This document shows positions 23,767-32,537 of a DNA stretch of 32,537 nucleotides, in pieces. How positions within the stretch are numbered: position 1 is the stretch's first letter; each line of letters starts with the position of its first letter. The stretch is taken from positions 74,917-107,453 of the forward strand of contig CALSCP010000425.1 of assembly GCA_943704425.1 (NCBI GenBank), given 5' to 3'. The translations under genes and the position numbers were made by a program. Under the pieces are notes generated by a model. That model did no database searches and was not told the origin of the DNA. It saw only the letters and a program-made list of their open reading frames with translations. Source of the DNA: Ministeria vibrans ATCC 50519 (Eukaryota; Protista; Filasterea).

Positions 23767-24574
23767 ATGTCGCACATTATCACTCCGGCGAATCAAAAGA
23801 GACTCACGAACATTGCGATCGTGCGATACAAACGCAGTGGGCTTCGCTTTGAAGTCGCTTGCTACAAGAACAAAGTTGTCGGATGGCGTTCGGGCGTGTA
23901 AGTGACACACTGAGTGTGTTGTGTGTGTGTGTGTGTCTGTGTGCTCCTTTGCGTCTGTCGTGTTGTTGCATGGTGGGTGTGTGTGCTAGGCGCGAAGGGG
24001 CGTTGCTTGAAGCGCAGTGTGTCGGTCGCTCTTGCGTAATCCTCTTTGTCGTCCGTTTTGCAGAGAGAAAGATATTGACGAAGTGCTTCAAACGCACACA
24101 GTCTTCACCAACGTGGGCAAAGGTACGGGGCGGGGAGCAGGGTTGGCACGATGTGTGTGTATTGCGCAAGGAGTGACGCCAGAGACGTAGGTCAGAGCGC
24201 CAAACGGGATGATCTCGTCAAGGCATTTGGGACAGCCGATCAAGATGTGATCTGTCGACAGGTGATGCGCGCCGTCGAGAGTGTCTGCGCCAGTACTAAT
24301 CATGTGTGTGCGTCTCTCTCTCTATCACTTTGTCTCTTTATCACTTTGTCTCTCTATCACTTTGTCTCTCTATCACTTTGTCTCTCTATCACTTTGTCTC
24401 TCTATCACTTTGTCTCTCTATCAATTTGTCTCTCTATCACTTTGTCTCTCTATCACTTTGTCTCTCTATCACTTTGTCTCTCTATCAATTTGTCTCTCTA
24501 TCACTTTGTCTCTCTATCACTTTGTCTCTCTATCACTTTGTCTCTCTATCACTTTGTCTCTCTATTACTTTGTT

Positions 24575-24635
<61 letters not shown>

Positions 24636-25359
24636 CTTTGTTTTTTTTCTCCCTCCTTTCTGTCTGTCTGTCTGTCTCTCTCTGGTAGATTCTGGCCAAG
24701 GGAGACTTGCAAGTGTCGGAGAAGGAGCGAGCGGAACATCTGGAGTCGATGTATAAGGAAATCGCTGCAATTGTCGCTGAGAAGTGTGTCAATCGCGAAA
24801 CCAATCGGCCGTACCCCATGTCAGTCATTGGTACTATTGATGAATGAGAGCGAGCGTGGTGAGAGAGTGCTTTATTGAGTGTGTGTGTGTGTGTTGTGTG
24901 ATTGGGTGTAGAGCGAGCAATGCGCGAAGAACTGCACTACTCCGTCAAACCGACTCGAAACAGCAAGCAACAAGTACGAATGGGATGAACTGAATCTGTG
25001 GAGATATAATGTATGGGTCCGTTTAGGCATTGGAAGTGATCAAAGGACTTGAGAGTGTGATGAGCATTCGACGGGCGCAAATGGTGATTCTGATTGGAGT
25101 GCCAAGAGAGAGCGCAAAGCGGGTGCAGGAGCGACTTGCTGGGCTGTTGGGGGATGGAGGTGCTAGTGGTAGCAGTGAGGGGACGAGTGAGAGTGAGAGT
25201 GTGACGTGGGTTGCGGGGGAATGTGAGATTCGCTCGTTGGTTGACCCCGGTCGGTTTGCGGCGGTGGAGGAGACGGTTCGTAATGAGACCAAAGGGAAAG
25301 GTCGCGTGGAGGTGATGAGCTGGAAGAATGCGGAGGAGGGAGACAGTGAGTTGGAGTGA
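23767..25359 (+). CDS. SBDS: Ribosome maturation factor SBDS (Sdo1), 6 exons
   Basis: [44 protein letters not shown]|[32 protein letters not shown]|[14 protein letters not shown]...[16 protein letters not shown]...KQQ|ALEVIK...RAQM...VDPGRF. Not captured as one ORF because of introns. Confidence 0.95.
24321..24640. repeat. 16-bp minisatellite TCTATCACTTTGTCTC (16 copies, 24321-24576) followed by (CT)n, in an SBDS intron
   Basis: Directly visible. It generates the spurious SLSLYHFV-repeat ORFs. Confidence 0.93.
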
Positions 25360-25517
25360 GTGTGTATGAGAGAGAAAGAGAGAGGAGAGATAGAGAAACA
25401 AACAAAGAGAAAGCTGTTAAACTATACAATCTGAATAAGAAAATTAATTAATTATTAATAATAATAATAATAATAATAATTATGGTTAATATTAATTTAA
25501 TTATATTCATCTGTGAT

Positions 25518-28101
25518 ATGTCCTTGTTACACACACTGGTGTGCATATCGGCTGTGATGGCAGTGTGCCAGGGAACGTGTCTCAACGGCGGCACTCTGCT
25601 GCCCTCCGCCCTGTACGCCCCGCCAGCCCTCGCCCGCCGCTCTCCTCACCCCTCCTGTCTTCCCTTCCCATTGCCAGATGTCAGTGCGCTTCCGGGTACA
25701 CCGGGAGCGTCTGTGAGACGCCCTTTCACATCGAACTCCTCTCATTCAATGGTGTTGTGTCGATTTTTGATGTGACCACTGTGACCAGTGCGCTGACCGC
25801 CGTTGTCTCCGGCTCCGTTGCGGACGTAGAAGTGACGATCAAGTCTCTCACCCACTCGTAAGCAGCCCTCTTTATACTCTCTTCTGTGTGTGAATTGCTT
25901 TTTCTGTATAGTTACATTGGTGACTTGAAGTTATCGCTCATTTCACCTTCTCTCACGAGCGTCACGCTTATCGAGGAGCGCGGTGGAGGCAGCAACAACC
26001 TTATTGATGTGACCTTCACTTCTTCTACGACGCGCACTCTTGCTGGGTGAGTGTAGCAAACCTGATCTCTGACTGAGTGTTGACTGATCGTCCGAACTCC
26101 CCGCAGTGCGACTGTTCCCTACTCTGGCTCCTATCAGCCCGAGCAATCATTTTCAGCGTTTACCGGCGAGCAATCTGCTGGAATATGGACGCTAGAAATC
26201 AGCGATGTGGCGCTTCAAGATCAAGTAAGAACTCAACACTATTTTGTTCACTGATCAACACATTCCTCTTGTGACTTTCAGGGCCAGCTGAGAGAATACT
26301 CGATCACTATCACGTCCTACGAGGATAGAGACCCCTGCGCATCGTCACCGTGTACCAACAGTGGCACATGCGTTGCCGCGACAGGCGTCCAGTACACCTG
26401 CCAGTGCGCTGTTCACTTCTCTGGCTCCAATTGCGAATTTGTCGACGCGTGCGTGCCAAACCCATGTCAGGGGCTCTCGTCGTGCTCAGGAATTGACGCT
26501 ACTGGCAACCCCATCTGCTCCTGTGCGATTGGGCGCACAGGAGCTCTTTGTGAAACAGACACCAGTGCGTGTGATTCGTCTCCCTGCCACTCAACCTCAA
26601 CCTGTCAAGCACTCTCTGATCTCTCCTTTTCGTGCATTTGCACTGCTTCCTCCTCCGGCACACTCTGTGACATCCAGTGTGGCTGTCTCAATGGTGGCTC
26701 TTGCTCTCTCGTCGACTCACAGTCGGTCTGTGACTGTCCCGCCGGCTACTCCGGCCCGGTTTGTGAATCGTCTGTTCATATTTATACGGACACGATCGCT
26801 TCGCAATCTACCCGTTACCCTATTGCGGACTACTCGACAGTCGTTATTCCGCTCAATATAATCGAGTCTGGTTATATCATTGGAGTCACAGTAAGACTTT
26901 AAATCTGACCCGAATAAGATTCTCTCTCTTCTTTCTTATTTCCTCTCTTTTTAGGTGTTAGTGTCTATTTCTCACACTTTCACTAGTGATTTATCAATTT
27001 ATCTCGAAAGTCCAGACGGAACTTCCGTAAGCATGCCATTTTTTTAAAAACAATAACAGTTTCTTAACTCACTTAATCATTTTGTTCTTTCTCCCTTCTC
27101 TACTCTATTCTTTTTTTCCTTCTCACTACTCTATTTTTTTTTTCCTTCTCACTCCATCACTTTGTTCTTTCTCCCTTTCTCTATCTACTCTTTATTTCTG
27201 TAGATACGATTAGCAAATGGAGTTGGCGGATCAGGAAACAATTTTGATCGCACTGTACGAACGAATCAGTTTATCTCATATCCACGCACAATGTTTGACG
27301 ACTGTGCCGTTCTTTTTTTGTTTTTTTTATGTTTAGATCTTCAATGACTATGCGAGTCAAACGATTTCAAGCGGACAAGCGCCTTTTCGTGGAGAGTTTA
27401 AACCTACCCAGTCAATGGGAGTGTTTGTGTGCCAAGCAGGAGTGAGCTCAGTGGGACAGTGGGAAGTGCGGGTGCAAGACGCAGTGGGAGGGGATGAGGG
27501 GCAGGTGACGCTGGTTGAGCTGGTGTTGGAGTTGGTGGAAAATGTGCCGTTTGCACAGTGTTCATCGTTCAAGCGGACTGTGCCCTTTCCGCTGTTGAGC
27601 AGTGGGCTATCGAATGCGGGTGGGAATGGGGGTGGGAGTGGGAGTGTGGTGGGGATTGTGGTGGGGGTTTTGGTGGGGATGTGTGTGGCGACCATTCTGG
27701 TTTTACTGTATGTGCGAATGAGGAAGCAGAGGCGTGCGACTGCACTTGCACACTACTCGAACAGCACCATCACAACAGCAGAAGCACCGCCTACGAACCA
27801 CTCCCATCCCACTGAACCGACTGCCTTGGAATTGGAATTGGAAGTGGAAGCACCCGATTCCTTTGGAGTGGCCTCTGCTACTGCTCCTCCGTCCTATGTC
27901 GCTGCAGCTCACTCTGACCATCCCATAATTAGTCCCGTTGTCTCTCCAGTGCCCTCTCACGCACGAATGAGTAATCTGATGAGCGACAACACGGACCACA
28001 ACATCGATGGAGATCATGACGAGGAGTTGGATGATACAATGTTGCCCAGTTACGATGAGCTTTTTGAGGAAAGGACTGACGAAACGTTCTCACATGTGTA
28101 A
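25518..28101 (+). CDS. Single-pass membrane protein A: signal peptide, truncated EGF, P-domain 1, 4 EGF, P-domain 2, TM, tail with PPSY/LPSY
   Basis: Spliced P-domain 1 VEVTIKSLTHS|YIGDLKLSLISPS..VTLIEERGGGSNNLIDVTF..PYSGSYQPEQSFSAFTGEQSAGIWTLEISD..DQ|GQLREYSITI; P-domain 2 ISHTFTSDLSIYLESPDGT..GGSGNNF..APFRGEFKP..GQWEVRVQDAVGGDEG; EGFs such as CASSPCTNSGTC; TM VVGIVVGVLVGMCVATILVLLYV then RMRK. Confidence 0.85.
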
Positions 28102-28470
28102 CATTAAAAACTTTATGTGAATAGAATTACTTTTTAATTTTGTTTCATTCGTTGTTCATTTTTATATTTTTAAGTGCACCCTATCGTTTCGATATGAGTC
28201 AATGATAGAAGCGTTGGGGTTTATTACTCTTTGTGTGTGTGTGTGTGTGTGAATAATCTGCCTTTAAATCCTAACTATTATTATTACTTATTAGAAATCA
28301 ATGAAGTGAAACGTCAAACGTTTACTCAACAGATAAAAGTTACAATGTATAACAATACAATTATTTTAATATTATTTTAATAAGTTGTCGCTTTTGAAAT
28401 CACTTTGAAACTTAATACCGTCTTCCGATCTCTGAGACAGTCTGACTATTTTTTTGACCACAAATCCGCT

Positions 28471-29578
28471 ATGCGCCTCCGCCTGCTTTGCGCCCTGTCT
28501 CTGTTATCAGTGTGCCAAGCAGCGTGCATGAATGGAGGCGTGAGCTCTGGTGGTGGAACGTACGAGACAGACATTCAGACAAAAAACACACTGAGAGGGA
28601 CAAGACACGGCGACTCACCCCTCGCACGCATCCCCCGCAGGTGCAGCTGTCCCGTGCGGTACACCGGCAGCGAGTGCGAGTCGTTTCTGGGCGCAGAGAC
28701 GCTGGCGTTTGCCGGTGACGTTGCGCTCGACGACGCCCAGACGACAGCGAGCACTCTCGACGCGCTGCTCCCTGGCCAGATCACCGACGTCGCCGTCACC
28801 ATTGTCGACCTTGCCCACGCGTAAGTTGATTCTGCTTCCGACCCGCTTTTCGCAGTCCGATGGGAATTTTCGCAGTTATTTTTGTGCGGTGGTCGACCTG
28901 ACATGAACCATGTCGCCATGGCTGCCAGCGCGACTTGCATTGCATCGCAAAGTATGCACGTGCCGCTGGATCAACGCCTGTGCGTCGTTCTGGGGTCCTT
29001 TCAGATCGTTGTTCGCGAAAACAACCTACACATCATATTGTACCAAGTTCCATAACGTCTTTTTCTTTTTCCTTCCCATCAGATCACTCGGCGAACTGAG
29101 TCTTGAGCTGATCTCACCGGAAGGGACCGCTGTTGCACTGATCACCCAACGCGGTGCTTCTGCACAGAATCTGTACAACGTCACATTCACATCGAGTGCC
29201 GCACGTCTCATCTCAAAGTACAAGGCAGTTGAGGCCGTCTCTTGACTGACTTGTGAACTGCTTTCCTTTGATAGTGCCACTGCGCCCTTTTCGGGGGATT
29301 ACCAGCCGGAGTCATCACTTTCCATTCTCAATGGTGAAAATCCCGTTGGCGATTGGATTCTACAAATCACCGACTCTGCCGCAGGAAACACTGTACGATA
29401 AAAAGAACACGACAGAGAGAGAGAGAGAGAGAGGGAGAGGGAGAGGGAGAGAGAGAGGGAGAGGGAGAGAGAGAGGAGGGAGAAAGAAACAAAGTGATAG
29501 AGAGAGAAATGAGAAACGTAGTGCAAGAGAGAGGTAAAGGAAGGAGAAAAAAACAAAACAAGGGAGAGTGGAGGGAGA

Positions 29579-29618
<40 letters not shown>

Positions 29619-31649
29619 AGGGGGAAAGAGTGATACATGGAATCATGGAAAAATAATTAGTTGTAGCTAAGGGGGTTTTTTTGGCAGGGCCACCTGAGGA
29701 TGTACACAATAAGCATTACGAGTGACGCGCGCGACCATTGTGCGTCATCACCGTGTGCCAATGGGGCAGCGTGCACGAGCACGTTTCAGGAGACGTACGC
29801 TTGTAACTGCTCGAGTGGGTATGTGGGTGCACAGTGTACTCTGGTGGATCCGTGTCTGTCTAGTCCGTGTGTGGGTGAGGCGAGTTGCTATGGCGACACA
29901 GTCGATGGGAGTCCAACGTGTTCGTGTCCTTCTGGTTTCACTGGCGCTCTCTGTGAATCTGAGCTGGACCCGTGTGCATCGAACCCCTGTGCATTTTCAT
30001 CGACGTGCCTGCGCCACAATGGCACACACTACACCTGTGTGTGTACAATGGGATTCTCGGGTCCCACTTGTGCACTTGACACGAATGAATGTGCATCGAG
30101 TCCCTGTCACTCCACTGCCACCTGTGCGACTCCCACTGCAAACTCATTCACTTGTCTGTGCCCGGCCACACAGACAGGCCCTCTCTGCGAAACCACCATT
30201 GATCATTGCGACTCATCTCCTTGTCAAAACGATGGAACGTGCTCTAGTTTTCTTTCCACTCAAATTGTCTGTCAGTGCTCCCAAAATTTTACTGGTTCCC
30301 TCTGCGAAACAAGTCTTCTTCCTGTCTTTGCCACATCGATTGTCACAGTCACTCCTCCTCCCTCTTATCCGATTCAAGACCACACCATAACCACTCTTAC
30401 TTTATCGAATCCCATTGGATCTTTTATTCGCGGACTGACAGTAAGTGAATACTTTCAATGCATACATTGCGTGATCATTGTGTGCGTAGATTCAAGTGAG
30501 TCTCACTCACTCTTACACTGGCGATTTAAAAATTTCTGTGAAGAGTCCCGGAGGGATTGAAGTAAGTGTTTACACTGTGTGAATATTTTGACTGAGTACG
30601 TGTTTGAGTTTGACATAATCAAGTAGTTTGAGTTTTTTTTTGGTTTGTACTAATCTCTCTTTTTCATCAGCGCACTCTGTTTAATCGTCGTGGCTCAAGT
30701 GGAAATAACCTCGATCAAACGGTAACTCCAAAAGTGCCCTTGTCACTTGGATTTCCTTTCACACATCTCGTTTACTTTCTTCTAGGTGTTCAGCGATTTA
30801 GCAGCCAATCCGATTTCCAGTGGCAGCGCACCGTTTCTCGGAGTGTTCCGTCCCGAGCAGCCACTGAGTGTGTACTACTGCGATGCGGATGCCAAAGGGG
30901 ATTGGGCAGTGCTTGTGCGTGACTTGGCGGCTGGCGATTCGGGGGAGGTGACGGAAGTGCAGTGTGTGTGGGAGTTGGTGGCCAATGTGAATGCGACAGA
31001 ATGTCTTGCCTTGGTTGCAACTGAACCCTTTTTGGACTCGGGCGGTTCTACCGGTCGCTCAAGTCTCCTCTCTCCCTCCGTGATTGCATTTATTTCCATT
31101 GTCTCACTGGTTGTGTTCTACTACGTTGTCAAGGCCTGTGCACGCTCAGGGATACTGCGTGGCACCCATGCATCGTCATCGCCATCGTACAACCCAAACG
31201 CGTTTCAACTGAACGAGCTGGACTTGACGAACCCAACGAATACGAATAATAATAATAATAGCAACAACAACAACAACAATAATAATAATAACACGGCTGT
31301 GTTTGATTTCAATAACATTCCTCCGCCCGCTCCAATGGGACTGGAGCATTTGCCGCACGGTGCTCCGCCCGCCTACACACGCACTCCTACTGCCACGGAG
31401 GTTGTGCCGCCGCCACAAATGAGCCCACCAACCGTGGTAGGACACAGTACCGTGCTTGTGCTTGAGCCCACTGTGAACACTGAGACGCCCCTGACGGAGC
31501 TGGTTATGTCCAACACTGTCCCCACCGCTGAAGAAGCGCCACTCAACAATGCTGATGATGAGGATGAGTTGCCCGCCTACGACGACCTTTTCAGTGCAGC
31601 TGAAGCTCCCCCGCCAGTGCCGAATGAGCAGGGCGAGAGCAATGCCTGA
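28471..31649 (+). CDS. Single-pass membrane protein B, tandem paralog of A: signal peptide, truncated EGF, P-domain 1, 5 EGF, P-domain 2, TM, tail with poly-Asn and PPAY/LPAY
   Basis: MRLRLLCALSLLSVCQA; P-domain LAHA|SLGELSLELISPEGTAVALITQRG..APFSGDYQPE..NGENPVGDWILQITD; five C-x-S-x-P-C EGFs in 29730-30310; second P-domain HSYTGDLKISVKSPGG..APFLGVFRPEQPLS..GDWAVLVRDLAAGDSG; TM VIAFISIVSLVVFYYVV. Intron positions match gene A. Confidence 0.85.
29411..29620. repeat. (GA)n and purine-rich repeats in an intron of receptor B, including one reverse-oriented copy of the 16-bp intronic unit
   Basis: GA runs at about 29413-29480 and 29584-29615; AGAAACAAAGTGATAGAGAGA near 29485-29505. Confidence 0.85.
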
Positions 31650-32276
31650 GGGAACACATTAAGAGACAGAGAGTATCCTGTACCATATTATTAATAATAA
31701 CTATTGCAACTTATTCATGTGAACATAAAACAACCGAGTATAACGGTGATGGAATCGGCTGCTATGAGAACATAGCGGGAGGTGGAATTTTTGATTGTCG
31801 GATACCGCTTTTCGTTGATCGCCCGATCACTCGTGTTAGTGTTGAGTCCATTGCAGCGGAGTAATAAAGGACTCGCCCAATTTTCCTTTCAGATCTAGAG
31901 AGACATAAAAGACACTGTATTCACCGGCTGGCTTCGGACTGGCTTCTCCCACTCGAGCACACAAACACGATCGCTCTGTTGCGGCGACAGACACGTTGTC
32001 ATGCGCATTGATTCCGACAAACTGCCAGGTATCTCAACGGGCGGTGGGTTCTTGAGAGGCCGGCGGTGTGAGTGGCCGACCGAGCGTAAGAACAAAGCTG
32101 TTTGTTTGCGTTGTCGCTTGTTTTTTAAAAATGGGTTCTTCTTCTTCTTTATAACGTATTAAAATTCTGATTATAAACGAGTTCTTCTTTTCTTTTATAT
32201 AACATAATTAAAAATTATTATTATGAGTTAAAATAATTCTGATTGTGAGCGTGCGGACACCTTCACATTGTGAGGA

Positions 32277-32537
32277 CTATGGCGTCGGTGTGTGCGTGGA
32301 AGCCGATGTGGGAGCGCTGACGACGCCATTGTCGTCGCGGTACAGCAGAATGTCGCCCTCGTTGGGCGGCTCGTCCCAATCACTCCAGATGCGACCTGCA
32401 AGAAGTGCCTGCTTCATGTCGGCGGGGGCCATCGCCTGCAGTCGTCGTCGTAGGTCGCGCACAGAGATGACAGTCTCGCCGGGCGCAAACCCTTCGTGTG
32501 TCGGTCCCAGTGCGCGCACCAGAAGCTCCGTCAGCTG
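32277..32537 (-). CDS. 3' end of a gene running off the window; C-terminus paralogous to the caspase-like tail of gene 1
   Basis: Open frame from 32537 to the stop at 32277: QLTELLVRAL..GFAPGETVISVRDLRRRLQAMAPA..LLAGRIWSDW..NEGDILLYR, compared with gene 1 RMTSLWWSAL..AFRVGESLLSAAELCRRLTLMDPA..LAMSRIWDSW..NAGDILLDR. Confidence 0.8.
   Translation of the reverse strand, partial: QLTELLVRALGPTHEGFAPGETVISVRDLRRRLQAMAPADMKQALLAGRIWSDWDEPPNEGDILLYRDDNGVVSAPTSASTHTPTP

Noticed and set aside
24151-24878. Repetitive ORFs (SLSLYHFV...) and a CRISPR-like appearance
   Set aside because: This is a contiguous 16-bp intronic minisatellite without unique spacers, in eukaryotic DNA with no cas genes.
31740-32095. 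Hairpin CTGCTATG-AGAA-CATAGCGG plus Sm-site-like AATTTTTG, and short ORFs
   Set aside because: No match to snRNA or RNase P/MRP conserved blocks that I can recognise, and no supportable protein.

Overview
Compact, intron-rich eukaryotic DNA, with short GT-AG introns (often about 50-100 nt), GC-rich exons, AT-rich spacers and intronic micro/minisatellites. The animal-like CAMSAP, RanBP9 and SBDS sequences suggest a unicellular holozoan such as a choanoflagellate, which is an inference. Manual splicing of the ORF track gives these genes in order: (1) a Roc-COR (ROCO-type GTPase) gene that splices in frame into a C-terminal caspase/metacaspase-like (peptidase C14) domain with an intact His-Cys dyad, probably 5'-truncated by the window; (2) CAMSAP/patronin, preceded by an RFX X-box; (3) a single-pass receptor with Kelch, Cys-rich and EGF ectodomain and a TKL kinase; (4) ERCC6/CSB; (5) guanylate kinase; (6) RanBP9/10; (7) TFIP11; (8) SBDS; (9, 10) two tandem paralogous single-pass receptors built from Notch-like EGF repeats and bacterial-style proprotein-convertase P-domains, with PPxY/LPxY tails; (11) the 3' end of a second gene at the right edge whose C-terminus is clearly homologous to the caspase-like tail of gene 1. 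The best candidate for a new system is the Roc-COR-caspase fusion together with its paralog about 29 kb away. The EGF/P-domain receptor pair is the second candidate.
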